Shown here one piece after another: positions 20,545 through 30,434 of a stretch of DNA of 64,000 bases; the first letter of the stretch is position 1; each line of letters starts with the position of its first letter. The translations under genes were made by a program, and so were the position numbers. Source of the DNA: a virus (taxonomy: Duplodnaviria > Caudoviricetes); the IMG/VR virus record IMGVR_UViG_3300011217_000001, positions 32,001 through 96,000 of that record, one strand, 5' to 3'. A model generated the notes under the pieces. It ran no database searches, was not told the DNA's origin, and saw only the letters and a list, made by a program, of their open reading frames with translations.

Positions 20545-21225
20545 TCAAAGATTCAGATTGTTGTCCAGATGGGCAGCCATCAAGTAGGCGCCCAGGGTTT
20601 CGGTGCTCTTGACCTTGGTGGGCAGTCGAGCAAGCGTCTCCAGACGCACGGTGCCGTTGTCCACGATCTGGCGGTTCATGGCCTGGAAGCCAACCTCGTC
20701 GCCCCCGCGCCAGCGCAGCAGTTCCTTGATGGCTGCGTTGAAGCCCTGCGCCGACATGACCTGCAGTTCCGGGAAGGAGACCGAGCTGCCCTTGGACGGA
20801 CCAGTGGGCTGACCAGTACGTTCGTCGACGTGCTTGTTGTCTTCGGGGATCTTGATCTTCTTGTCCAGCATTTCCACCTGCAGACGAACCGGCATGTCCA
20901 CGACCATGTACTTCTTGGGGGTCACGAACGGAACGCCAGTGACGGCGTCGGTCATCTCGATGTGCTGGAAGATCGGGATCTCGTACTTCTCGGCCACCGC
21001 CAAGTTGCGTTCCATCTTCAACTTGACGTCGGTCAGGTTCGGTACGATGATCGGAGCAATCTCCTCACCGGATTCGAACTTGGCCATCAGGTCATCAAAC
21101 TCGGCATCGCTCATCGGATCGAAGAGCTGTTCCTTGTGCCACAGCGCTTGTTCGCGACTCCCCAACATTTCGGTGAGGACATCGACGTACAAGTCCATGG
21201 CCTCCTTACGGTTCTTCGTCGCCAC
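20545..21225 (-). CDS. Virion RNA polymerase beta C-terminal subunit (phiKZ gp149-like)
   Basis: 226 aa; TPKKYMVVDMPVRLQ...KKIKIP...TGQPTGPSKGSSVSFPE and ELLRWRGGD, corresponding to the end of beta. Confidence 0.8.
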   Translation of the reverse strand: MATKNRKEAMDLYVDVLTEMLGSREQALWHKEQLFDPMSDAEFDDLMAKFESGEEIAPIIVPNLTDVKLKMERNLAVAEKYEIPIFQHIEMTDAVTGVPFVTPKKYMVVDMPVRLQVEMLDKKIKIPEDNKHVDERTGQPTGPSKGSSVSFPELQVMSAQGFNAAIKELLRWRGGDEVGFQAMNRQIVDNGTVRLETLARLPTKVKSTETLGAYLMAAHLDNNLNL

Positions 21226-21670
21226 TTTGCTTCTCCACGTTCACGATGAAAACGATCACTTCCAGCTTCAGCCTTCTCGCTTCCATGATCATGTTGCGAG
21301 TGCCGGGGGACTTGGCGTCCCAGAAAGCGACCAGTATGCTTGCAGTTTGCGCCATAGCGAGATTGCGGTCCATACCCGCTTTGGCGTTGTACTGCTTGTC
21401 ATACTTATTCGTTTTGATCACCGCCCCGGGAGCTTCGAGGTCGTCCCACTTAGGAGCATGACCTTCCCACTTCAGGTTGTTTTCTTCGGCGAATCGAACG
21501 CCGAGCATATCCGGGCCGGACTTTTCCAAGCCACTGACCACGGTGAACTTTCCGCGCGTATCGAGCAGTAGCTTCAAGTGCGCTTTGACGAAGTCATAGT
21601 TCGAGTAGCCACGGCTACCCGCTACAATGACCTTCAGCTCGTCTTCTTTCAAATCGTCGGTGTGTACCAT
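21206..21670 (-). CDS. SLOG-family (YspA/DUF2493-like) nucleotide-binding protein
   Basis: VIVAGSRGY, VVSG...GPD, AGMDRNLAM, LVAFWDAKSPGTRNMI; start placed at ATG 21670. Confidence 0.8.
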   Translation of the reverse strand: MVHTDDLKEDELKVIVAGSRGYSNYDFVKAHLKLLLDTRGKFTVVSGLEKSGPDMLGVRFAEENNLKWEGHAPKWDDLEAPGAVIKTNKYDKQYNAKAGMDRNLAMAQTASILVAFWDAKSPGTRNMIMEARRLKLEVIVFIVNVEKQSGDEEP

Positions 21671-21969
21671 CAGACCAGCTCGTGTTTGACCAGAGCCGGC
21701 ATGACGTAGGTCTTGAAGCCATATACCCAGTCCCCGACCGAGTCTTCCTGGATCAGGCACTCGCGGGCATCGAAGGTATCGGCAGCCAGCAGACCTAGCT
21801 TAATGCGCAGGTGCTTGTTGACTGCCTCGATGATGCTCTCGCTGCTCAGATGGCTCCAGCCAGCCGGGCAGGTGTCGTTGAGCAGGAGCTGCACATCGCG
21901 CAGCCCCTTGCCGTGCTGATCAAAGATCTTGATCAGCTTCTCCACCACTTCGGGGAATTGTGAACGCAT
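21670..21969 (-). CDS. Small hypothetical protein
   Basis: 99 aa from MRSQFPEVV; stop overlaps the next start. Confidence 0.65.
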   Translation of the reverse strand: MRSQFPEVVEKLIKIFDQHGKGLRDVQLLLNDTCPAGWSHLSSESIIEAVNKHLRIKLGLLAADTFDARECLIQEDSVGDWVYGFKTYVMPALVKHELV

Positions 21970-21994
21970 TGTCCTGTCTCGGTGAAGGCGGCGC

Positions 21995-23401
21995 TTAACG
22001 CGCCGCGCCGTCGTACCACCACGGCTTGTACAGACCCTTACGCATGCGCAGCAGGTCGGCCGTGGAGAGGAACTTCTTGGGCTCGATCTTCTCGTCGTTC
22101 TCGAACAGCCAGTAGCCGCGAGTACCGCCGAGCAGTTCATCCCAATCGTAGCCACGTTCCTTCAGATCCTTGTACAGATCTGCAGGAGTGCACAGCAGGG
22201 ACCGGTCGAAGTCATGACGCAGGTTGACCAGCTGGCACAGCTCGGAGGTGATCTCCATGGCGCGCTGGAGGAGCTTGTCCTCGCCACACTTGCCACGGAC
22301 GGTCGTACGCTGCATCTTGACGTCAGGCAGCAGTTCGAGGAAGTACGCGCGGTCATGACCACCCAGGCCGAAGCCGTCGGAGTTCTTCAGGTAGTAGAAC
22401 TCGCTCAGGGTCGGCAGCAGGCCGTCGGACTGCGAGCACAGCAGTTCGATGGGCAGGCCAGACGGACCGAACTTGCCGCGCAGGTTGACCATGGAGATGG
22501 CCATCAGATCGGTGTCACCCTTCAGGGCATCGTCCGAACCACGCGGGAACTCCGGCGTACCGTTCTGCTTGTTGATCAGCGGCACAGCACGGGTGATGTG
22601 CCAGCAGTTGTTCAGCAGGAAGGTGAACTTTTCCGGGGTATCCTTGACCTTGGCGTCGCCCTTCATCATGGCGAACTTCTTCGGTGCCGGCTTGTGCGGA
22701 TCCATGTTGATGACGTCGCCCACGTGAGCAGTCATCATGATGTACATGCCACCGGCCGCAGCCAGCTTCGGCATCTGGCGCACCATCTGGCTCTTGGCCA
22801 TGGCCGCGTGCATTTCCAGCGGGTTCTGTTCCTTGGCGCCGATGTTGTTGTCTTCACGCTTCTTGGTGATCGTGGAGACTTCGAACTGGCTGATGCTGTC
22901 CAGTTCCATCGGGGTCGGATACAGGAACGACATCTGCTGTCCCTGCGAATCGACGAACGGGGTCAGCTGACGGAACGACTTGTTCTTGTTCTTGACCTCG
23001 ATCATCTCCTTGACCTGCTCGAACCACTCATCGCCTTCCTGCTCGGCGGGCGTGGTGATGCTCAGGCGACCTTCGGCCAGCAGGTTGCGACCGCCGATGT
23101 TCGGCATGTGTTTGGCCAGCGACATCAGGCGCGGGTTGCCGAGCGAATACTCGGTGTCATAGGAGTTACCCTCGGACGAACGATGTCGGTCCAGGGTGGT
23201 GAGGTACATGTGGTGCATCAGCGAGGACTTGTGCATGTTCGCACGCGCCACGATGCCGGTGGTGTGACTCAGGCCGCCATTGAGAATCATCTCATCATGG
23301 ATGCCCTTGAAGTAGTTGCCCGTGGGAATGTCCAGACAGGCACCGATGTTCAGGTTCGGACGAAACTCCGGGGCTTGGGTAAAACCGCCAATCAACGACA
23401 T
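21995..23401 (-). CDS. uvsX: UvsX/RecA-like recombinase (phiKZ gp152-like)
   Basis: LNIGACLDIPTG, P-loop-like ARANMHKSS, YDTE, Walker B-like ELDSISQF, MTAHVG and RGKFGPSG. Confidence 0.85.
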   Translation of the reverse strand: MSLIGGFTQAPEFRPNLNIGACLDIPTGNYFKGIHDEMILNGGLSHTTGIVARANMHKSSLMHHMYLTTLDRHRSSEGNSYDTEYSLGNPRLMSLAKHMPNIGGRNLLAEGRLSITTPAEQEGDEWFEQVKEMIEVKNKNKSFRQLTPFVDSQGQQMSFLYPTPMELDSISQFEVSTITKKREDNNIGAKEQNPLEMHAAMAKSQMVRQMPKLAAAGGMYIMMTAHVGDVINMDPHKPAPKKFAMMKGDAKVKDTPEKFTFLLNNCWHITRAVPLINKQNGTPEFPRGSDDALKGDTDLMAISMVNLRGKFGPSGLPIELLCSQSDGLLPTLSEFYYLKNSDGFGLGGHDRAYFLELLPDVKMQRTTVRGKCGEDKLLQRAMEITSELCQLVNLRHDFDRSLLCTPADLYKDLKERGYDWDELLGGTRGYWLFENDEKIEPKKFLSTADLLRMRKGLYKPWWYDGAAR

Positions 23402-23512
23402 TTTTGCACACCTGTTGTCTGGGAAATCATCAAACGATAGCGTCCGTACGTTTATTTTTATGAGCAGCGTTCTACACGCACCCCTATCAACCTTGAGTCA
23501 AGGAACTCGAAC

Positions 23513-24379
23513 ATGAATTACATTGAACTGCCCGATGACGTCGAAGAAGAGCAGGGGCTTGACGAGGTCCAGCAGCTCAGCGAGCAGATCTCCACCGAAG
23601 CGATGATCGGCGACCAGTACATCAACGCCTTCACCGGCCGACTGGACACCTTCGTCAAGGGCGTGAGCACCTACCTGAAGCAAGCCTTCAGCAAGGATCT
23701 GAAGGTGCGTGCTGGCTTCAATACGCTGCAGATCCACAACTTCATCAGCAAGTACCCCTACACCTCGCTGGCCGTGGCGGAGCTGCCGATCCCGCGTGGG
23801 CTGGTCAGCGACTACCCGACCATGGTCGAGGAGCTGCACAAGTCCTACAAGGAGCTCTCCGGCTTTGCTGTGACCGAGCTGCCTGACTGCGTGGGCTGGC
23901 TGGGTGAAATGCTCGGCGAGCCGTCCAAGTTGCAGAGCATCACCTCCGGCCGCAGCAGCATGCTCTCGGACAAGGGTCCGGCTGACACGCTGCAGGGCCT
24001 GCTGGCTTGCTTCTCCGACAGCGCCAGCCATCAGCTCAAGGATCGTCCGTTCGGTTCGCTGTACCCCTCTGCTCAGTCCTACGAGCGCACTGGTGCACGC
24101 CTGAACGATCTGGCCCTGATGATGAACGAGCTGGATCTGTCCAAGCTCAACGGCTACCTGGATCGTGCCGACGAACTGATGCGTGAGCTGGCCAAGCGCA
24201 TCACCAACCGTGAACCCGGCTTCGAACGCATCTCCGGTCCGCAGCTGAAGTACATGGCCGAGATGGGCTGGCGCATGGCTTCGCGTGCCGAAGCGCTGAG
24301 CACGCTGTACTACCACGCGGTTCTGGCTGCCAATGCCTACCGCGAGAGCTACGAGCACCTCAAGCGCGTTTACAAGTAA
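23513..24379 (+). CDS. Putative head/virion protein with acidic propeptide
   Basis: 288 aa; acidic N-terminus ending in ISTE, matching the phiKZ prohead-protease S/A/G-x-E site; TTTTTATG upstream. Confidence 0.7.
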   Translation: MNYIELPDDVEEEQGLDEVQQLSEQISTEAMIGDQYINAFTGRLDTFVKGVSTYLKQAFSKDLKVRAGFNTLQIHNFISKYPYTSLAVAELPIPRGLVSDYPTMVEELHKSYKELSGFAVTELPDCVGWLGEMLGEPSKLQSITSGRSSMLSDKGPADTLQGLLACFSDSASHQLKDRPFGSLYPSAQSYERTGARLNDLALMMNELDLSKLNGYLDRADELMRELAKRITNREPGFERISGPQLKYMAEMGWRMASRAEALSTLYYHAVLAANAYRESYEHLKRVYK

Positions 24380-24381
24380 CA

Positions 24382-24419
24382 ACATAAGGGGAGGGGCCGA
24401 AGCCCCTCCCTCTATGCCG
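24382..24419. terminator. Bidirectional hairpin of the CATA...TATGCCG family
   Basis: ACATAA-GGGGAGGGGC-CGAA-GCCCCTCCCT-CTATGCCG. Confidence 0.8.
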
Positions 24420-24834
24420 CGTCCCGCACCATGTACACGTACTGACTCTGAGCCATGCGATCGAAATGCATGCTCTTGAGCAGACTGGCCGCGTAGGTGC
24501 TGGTGAAGTAGCAACGCGTCAGGATGCGCTTGGTTTCCTTGTCCATCTCGGTGACCGAGCTGGTGCCAGCCTGCACCATACGACGCACGAGATTGACGAA
24601 GACCGTCTTCTGTACGTTCGGTGCACGCAGGTCAAGGAAGCCTTCACTGAGCGCCTGCATCACCTTGCGGTAGTGCGCACGGATGGTGTCCGTGCTTGCG
24701 CCTTCGGTGATCAGCACCTGGGCAACATCATTGCCGAAGATGTTGATCAGACCACCGCCCATGTCCTCGGCACTGGTGAGCAGGGCGGCTACTTCAGCCG
24801 CCGTGAACTTCTTTTCCACAAAATCAGTTGCCAT
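24412..24834 (-). CDS. Hypothetical protein
   Basis: 140 aa with GGAGG SD, downstream of the SbcC-like gene. Confidence 0.72.
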   Translation of the reverse strand: MATDFVEKKFTAAEVAALLTSAEDMGGGLINIFGNDVAQVLITEGASTDTIRAHYRKVMQALSEGFLDLRAPNVQKTVFVNLVRRMVQAGTSSVTEMDKETKRILTRCYFTSTYAASLLKSMHFDRMAQSQYVYMVRDAA

Positions 24835-24845
24835 CGTTTTCCTCC

Positions 24846-27320
24846 TTAGCGCATTACCACATGTTCGTTGTGGACATCAGGCACCACGATGTTGGCAGGA
24901 TTGAGGACGCAGGCCTGTGCTTGATTCATGGTGATGTACTGAGTGGCGGAGTGGGAGGTGAGGAACACCTGCGTGATCGTGCGATCATCCACTACGTTCT
25001 TCAAGAACAGCATCAGTTTCGAGCGGTGCGTCTCATCGAAGTACTTGCCCAACTCATCAGCCCAGAGCGGGTAGTTCTGCAGATTGAGATACACCATGGC
25101 CGTCAGCTTGAAGGCGAAGTCAAACAACTCCACCTGCCCGTCCGATCCTTCCGACACGTCACTGATGGCCTTGTTGCTAGCGGCCACCATGAACGGGAAC
25201 TTGTAGTCCAGATCCCCATCATCCATCGAACACGACTGAATCGTCATGTCGTACTCCCAGATAGGAGCGATGACAGAGTTCATGTGATCTGTGAGCGCAT
25301 TGATGAATCCAAGTACCAAAGAAGCGATCAAACCACTCTTCGGAGACATCTCTTCTTCAATGATTCGCAGTGCACGCCGTCGGACTTCCATTTCCTCCAT
25401 GGCCTTGCGCAGATCTTCGATGATGGCCGTCAGGGTGATCTTCTCCGTCATCTTCTGCTGCAGCGCTGCCAGCTGAGTCTGGTGAGTGGAGATCACACCT
25501 TCAATGCCATTGTTCTTCTCGATCTCGATGATCTTCTGGACATGCTCGTAAGCCTGAGACATGCGTACCGTCAGATCAGCAAAACGAGCCAGCTGTTCAT
25601 CGATGCGGGACTTGACCGTGGTCAGCGAAGAGATCTCACTGGACAGGACCGCGATCTCGCTGGAGGTCTTGGCAATGTCCTGCTCCAGACGAGCCAGACG
25701 TTTGCTGTAGTGCGTACCCTCGCCACCACCTGCAATGTCAGACTTGCGCAATGCAGCTTCGATGTGATCCAGATCCTCGACCTTCTGTGCGCGCTCCACC
25801 AACATCGTCGCTTCGTTGATCCACGTGTGAATCATCCCAGAGTGCATCTTGGGATTGTGCGACATGCAGTTGTTGGACGCCACGTAATCCCACAGCGGAC
25901 CCAGACGCGGATAGTCGTGACACAGCTTGGTGTAGCGGGTGTACTGCAAGGCGATCGCATCGATCTCTTCCAGATAGCGTTCGTGGTCAACACACTTACC
26001 TTCCAGCACCTTCACGCCAGCTTCAAGCGCAGCCTTGTTTTCCAACAGGCCATCGATCTCGTTCTCGCTGACACCTTCCTTCCACACGTACCCGCACTTG
26101 GGACAGGTGGAATCCTTGGCCGACATGATCATCTCAATGCGGCGCTCTACCGAGGCGACCTTGTTCTCTTCGCCTTGGATCTGGCGCTTGAGTTCGGTCA
26201 ACTCCTGTCGCACTTCCTCGCGCCGCTGCTTGGTGTAGTAGCGGTTGGAGTTGTCGGGCAGGTTGGAGAAGATATCCACGAAGGTGTTGATGACGTCGTG
26301 GGAATCGGACAGCGTGTTCTTGTTCGGGCTGGCGCCTGCGAAGTTGATGATCTGCGCATCGATCGCCGCAATGTCAGCGCCCAGCTTGTTCTGCATCTCC
26401 CGCAACTTGTCCAAGCTGTCCGCGCCAGATTCTTCAAGTGCTCGAATCACCGTCTCCATGTCGGCGTAGTCACGGGAGTACACGTCGAAGCGACCACGAG
26501 CACCACTGAGGTCGCCCTGCAGCTTGTAGATGTGCTCCTGCATCTCCTCAACGCTACCGAACTTGTATTCGGCCGGGAAGAAGGAGTTGATCTTCAGCAG
26601 TGCCTTGGAATCACGCTCCAGCTGCTCGATGGTCTGGTTGTACTGATGCCACACGTTGTTCAGATGCGGCAGGTCAGTCTTGCGCTGAGAGAACAGCTCA
26701 ACCAGTTCGGCGGTCAGGTCAGCGATGCGTCCGTCGAGGTTGTCCATGTCCTCCAGTGCCAGCAGTCGAGCAGTCTGCTGAATCACGCGACGTTCGTATT
26801 CCTTGATGGAACCTTCAGCATCACGAGCACGAGCAGCAAACTCCTTGTACTTGCTCATGACGTAGCCATAGTCGGCCGTGGACAGTCGGGTCATCCAGTG
26901 ACGACGTTCCTGTGCACGCATACGGCTAAAGCGGATACGGTCGGTCAGCAGGTCATGGAGCTCCTGATCCAGTCCCAGCTCCTGCTTGACGATCTCACGT
27001 TGCAACGTAACCAGTCCACTGGTGTTGAGTTCCACCCCGTCCTTCAAGACGCTGTGCTTACCAGTGCCACCAGTCATCAGCGAGGTGAAGATGTAGTTGC
27101 TGTTGTCATGGGTCAGTTGAACGACCTTACGACCACCCTTGGTGAAGTCTTCCTTGTTCGGAGGCAGCGGAGACATCTCGCGCATCACCGAACTCTTACC
27201 GCTCCCGTTTGTCCCCAGAATCAGCTGGTAGTCTGAGGTCGGGGTATAGATGAACTCGTGGATGTTGTTCAACGTGGCAAGACGTGTATATCCTACGAGC
27301 TCGACCTTTTCAATTCGCAT
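24846..27320 (-). CDS. sbcC: SbcC/Rad50-like ABC ATPase (phiKZ gp165-like)
   Basis: Walker A GTNGSGKS, coiled coil with CPKC zinc hook, signature-like SDGQ, Walker B WADE with D-loop FD, and H-switch LTSH. Confidence 0.9.
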   Translation of the reverse strand: MRIEKVELVGYTRLATLNNIHEFIYTPTSDYQLILGTNGSGKSSVMREMSPLPPNKEDFTKGGRKVVQLTHDNSNYIFTSLMTGGTGKHSVLKDGVELNTSGLVTLQREIVKQELGLDQELHDLLTDRIRFSRMRAQERRHWMTRLSTADYGYVMSKYKEFAARARDAEGSIKEYERRVIQQTARLLALEDMDNLDGRIADLTAELVELFSQRKTDLPHLNNVWHQYNQTIEQLERDSKALLKINSFFPAEYKFGSVEEMQEHIYKLQGDLSGARGRFDVYSRDYADMETVIRALEESGADSLDKLREMQNKLGADIAAIDAQIINFAGASPNKNTLSDSHDVINTFVDIFSNLPDNSNRYYTKQRREEVRQELTELKRQIQGEENKVASVERRIEMIMSAKDSTCPKCGYVWKEGVSENEIDGLLENKAALEAGVKVLEGKCVDHERYLEEIDAIALQYTRYTKLCHDYPRLGPLWDYVASNNCMSHNPKMHSGMIHTWINEATMLVERAQKVEDLDHIEAALRKSDIAGGGEGTHYSKRLARLEQDIAKTSSEIAVLSSEISSLTTVKSRIDEQLARFADLTVRMSQAYEHVQKIIEIEKNNGIEGVISTHQTQLAALQQKMTEKITLTAIIEDLRKAMEEMEVRRRALRIIEEEMSPKSGLIASLVLGFINALTDHMNSVIAPIWEYDMTIQSCSMDDGDLDYKFPFMVAASNKAISDVSEGSDGQVELFDFAFKLTAMVYLNLQNYPLWADELGKYFDETHRSKLMLFLKNVVDDRTITQVFLTSHSATQYITMNQAQACVLNPANIVVPDVHNEHVVMR

Positions 27321-27380
27321 ACGAACCCTTTCGTGCTGTTCTACATAACCTGAGAACGGCGCGTAACTAAATACGAAGGT

Positions 27381-28349
27381 ATGTCCATGAACGAAGCTAA
27401 GCCCGGCAATCTCAGTGAACTGCCGTCAGGCTTCCACTTCCACTCGTTTGCTTACGCGGCAGAAAACCTGTCCATCGAAACCGACGAAGACAACAAGCCT
27501 GCCACTGAACTGCGCGTGTGGCTGGTGGAAGGTTTCCCGATGGCCGATGGTGAGATCACTGCCGAGAACGAAGAGATCGAGGTGGAGGGTGTGGACGGTG
27601 AAGGTAAGGCCTACACCGAGAAAGTGGAGACCACCATCACTCCGTCGGCGCAGTGGCTGAACCTGGGGGGTAACAATCGCCAGACTCCGCCAAACGTACG
27701 TCGTGGTGAGCGCCTGATCGTCTTGAAGTTCGGCGACGCCCCGCAGCTGTACTGGCACTGTCTGGACCTTGACCTGAACCTGCGCAAGTTGGAGACGGTT
27801 CGCTTCTCGATCTCTGGCGTGACCAGTGAGAAGGAAGACGGCACCAAGGAAGGCAACTGCTACTACATCGAGATGTCCTCCCACGAACAGTACTTCATGT
27901 TCGAGAACTCCACCAAGAACGGTGAGAAGGCCAAGTTCACCATTCAGGTCAACCTGAAAGACGGAGCCGCTTTCATTGCCGATGAGAAGGGCAACGAGTT
28001 CGAGTTCGACTCGGTGGATACGATCTTGCGTTTGCTCAACGCCGACAAGACGCTGGTTGAGCTGAACCGCAAGAAGATCCTCATGAAGGCCGCCGACAAG
28101 ATTGAGATGACGGCGGGCAATGAGATCTCCATGAAGACAAAGCACGTGCTCATCGATGCTCCGGATACGGACGTCACGGGCAACGTGGAGATCGCCAAGA
28201 ACCTCGGCGTGCTCGGCACTGCTACCATCGGCAACCTGGTGGTCACTGGCACGTCCAAGATGACAGGTACGATCTCCGGCGGCACGATCGAAGCAGATAC
28301 GGTCAAGGCCTCGACCAGCGTGACTGCACCGAATCTCAAATACACTTGA
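27381..28349 (+). CDS. Baseplate central spike protein (phiKZ gp164-like)
   Basis: WLNLGGNNRQTPPNVRRGERL OB-fold-like motif of gpV-type spikes; C-terminal Gly/Thr/Val beta-helix-like repeats. Confidence 0.75.
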   Translation: MSMNEAKPGNLSELPSGFHFHSFAYAAENLSIETDEDNKPATELRVWLVEGFPMADGEITAENEEIEVEGVDGEGKAYTEKVETTITPSAQWLNLGGNNRQTPPNVRRGERLIVLKFGDAPQLYWHCLDLDLNLRKLETVRFSISGVTSEKEDGTKEGNCYYIEMSSHEQYFMFENSTKNGEKAKFTIQVNLKDGAAFIADEKGNEFEFDSVDTILRLLNADKTLVELNRKKILMKAADKIEMTAGNEISMKTKHVLIDAPDTDVTGNVEIAKNLGVLGTATIGNLVVTGTSKMTGTISGGTIEADTVKASTSVTAPNLKYT

Positions 28350-28388
28350 CGGCATAGGGGAGGGGCACGCGCCCCTCCCCGTATGTTG
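28350..28388. terminator. Bidirectional hairpin of the GGCATA...TATG family
   Basis: CGGCATA-GGGGAGGGGC-ACGC-GCCCCTCCCC-GTATGTTG. Confidence 0.8.
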
Positions 28389-28389
28389 T

Positions 28390-29004
28390 TTACGTGATCG
28401 TGGTCTGTGCCATGATCTGGCGCTCGTAGTCCTTGATGATTGCCTGCAGCCGAGCGATCTCGGTATTGGCGGCAATCAGTCGGGCTTCAGTAGTGTCACG
28501 ATTGGTAGTCGCAGCAGCTCGCGCCCGTTCCAGCGCTTCATGCTGCGTCGTGGTCACCACGCCGGTGGATGGCCCCTGAGCGAGGGAGATTGCAGGTACG
28601 ATGCCGAACGACGAGGAAACGGCAGCGGCTACCTGCTCACTCACAAACTCCAGAGGCATGTCCTTGGGAACCATCCCCAAGTTGACCGCCAAGATCGTGC
28701 GCATGTAGGGCACGATGTCCTGATCGGGGTACTTGGCGATATAGGTGTCCGGGACATTGATCGTGGCTTTCTTGTCCGAGATCAGCGTGACGATGCAAGC
28801 ATCGCCCAACTGGTCAGCCAAGTAGTCACTCTCCTCCAGGCCCATCGGCTGATAGAACTCAGCGAAGATGTCGATGTCAGCCTGGAGGAGTTCCGGGAAC
28901 GTACGGATTGCTTTGACCGTGTAGACCACGGCCGCGTCAGCAGCCCAGGGCGAGCGCAGTTCAAACTGACCCTGGGTTTCAATGGGCGGAAGGATACTCG
29001 CCAT
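28390..29004 (-). CDS. Hypothetical protein with C-terminal coiled coil
   Basis: ~204-aa ORF with GAGG SD. Confidence 0.72.
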   Translation of the reverse strand: MASILPPIETQGQFELRSPWAADAAVVYTVKAIRTFPELLQADIDIFAEFYQPMGLEESDYLADQLGDACIVTLISDKKATINVPDTYIAKYPDQDIVPYMRTILAVNLGMVPKDMPLEFVSEQVAAAVSSSFGIVPAISLAQGPSTGVVTTTQHEALERARAAATTNRDTTEARLIAANTEIARLQAIIKDYERQIMAQTTIT

Positions 29005-29012
29005 CAATCACC

Positions 29013-30356
29013 TCACGTCTGCGGCACGGGCGGGATGGACTGCTTTTCCAGCCACGCCTTGGCCACGACCAGATATTGCACCTTGTTGAAGCTGGCCGCC
29101 GCGTAGATGACGCCGTTGCGGATCAGGCGATTGACCTTCTGCGGGACGTCGGAGAACTCGGTCATGGTTTCAGCAGCCACCAGCAGGGTGGACAGCAGCT
29201 GGGTCCATTCGCGGGTTTCCGGCGACTGGCGCGAGTAGTCGATCGAGGTGGAGGGTACGTTGATGTAGTCCTTCACGTAATCGGTCAGCAGGAAGGTGCC
29301 GTTGCGATTCTCCGGACCACCCACGACCATCAGCGACATCGACTTGAACATCACCGGCAAGGTGGTGCCGTACTCGATGAAGTGATCGTCGTTGTAACCC
29401 GGGCTCTTGCAGGCCCAGCGCGCCAGCTGCAAGCCGTCCTTGTGGCGCAGGATCGGGGAGAAGATGCCAGCCTGGTGAGTCTTGTTTTCCGTGGCGTATT
29501 GCAGCCAGTTCGGAATCATGATAAACTCGGTGCTGGTGAACAGATCCGGGAAGATCTTGACCCAGTCCTCGCGGGGGTGGGTGGAGTTCTCCAGGATGTG
29601 CTTGACGATCTCTTCCTTGATCGTGTCGATGTTGTTGCCCGCGATGCCGTAGTGGATCGTGGTCCAGTTCGTCGGCACCTTGAAGGTCGGGTCCAGGGGA
29701 TCCTGGTAGTCGAACACGTCGGCGCGCACGGTGGTGTACGGGGAACCATCGGCAGCAGCGTCCACGCGCTCCAGCGTCTCGGAGACCGAACGCAGGTTGA
29801 CCAGCGCCTGTACGTCCAGCGGGTCGGCGAAGAAGTCATCCAGGTTGTCGATCGGCGGCACGACGCGGATGGTGTACGCATCGTACTGCAGGCGGAAGGC
29901 CTTGTCGGAGAACCAGATCTTCAGTCGGTTCTCGGGGACGTTCGTACCGGCGGTCAGCTGCCAGGTGAGGAACTCCGGCATCCAACGCGAACCGTCGGTG
30001 ACCAGGTCGCCGAAGGAGACGTTGTCGATCTTGTCGCCCCACTCATTCATCAGGGCGGTGAGGAAGTCCTCACGGGTGCCAGTGATGATGCCCTGCTCGG
30101 ATGCGTTGTAGCACCACGCGCCGATCTTCAGGATGTTGTCGTGGATATCGAACGGCGGCTCGACCGTCGCCTCGTCACCTTCCTCGATGCTCTGGAAGAC
30201 GACCAGACCCACACCCTTGGCCTCAGGCGAGGTATACAGGAGTCGATCGGTTGCGTAGGTCAGCGCCTTGGCGGAGATCTCACCGAAGTCAGCCACGACA
30301 TTGGGTGCGTTGTCGGCCATTGGTCCAATGACCATAAAGCCCTTCAGGTTAAGCAT
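29013..30356 (-). CDS. Virion structural protein (phiKZ-like conserved)
   Basis: 447 aa, strong codon bias; LKGFMVI...FGEIS N-terminus recalled from phiKZ-like structural proteins. Confidence 0.7.
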   Translation of the reverse strand: MLNLKGFMVIGPMADNAPNVVADFGEISAKALTYATDRLLYTSPEAKGVGLVVFQSIEEGDEATVEPPFDIHDNILKIGAWCYNASEQGIITGTREDFLTALMNEWGDKIDNVSFGDLVTDGSRWMPEFLTWQLTAGTNVPENRLKIWFSDKAFRLQYDAYTIRVVPPIDNLDDFFADPLDVQALVNLRSVSETLERVDAAADGSPYTTVRADVFDYQDPLDPTFKVPTNWTTIHYGIAGNNIDTIKEEIVKHILENSTHPREDWVKIFPDLFTSTEFIMIPNWLQYATENKTHQAGIFSPILRHKDGLQLARWACKSPGYNDDHFIEYGTTLPVMFKSMSLMVVGGPENRNGTFLLTDYVKDYINVPSTSIDYSRQSPETREWTQLLSTLLVAAETMTEFSDVPQKVNRLIRNGVIYAAASFNKVQYLVVAKAWLEKQSIPPVPQT

Positions 30357-30434
30357 CTAAACACCTCGGTGCTGAAGTTTGGAGAAAGATCACTATGAGA
30401 AGCCATACCATTACTCCCACGGGGGAAACGTAAA

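Noticed and set aside
4201-21225. Split RNA polymerase as a novelty
   Set aside because: Multi-piece virion RNAP is established for phiKZ-like phages
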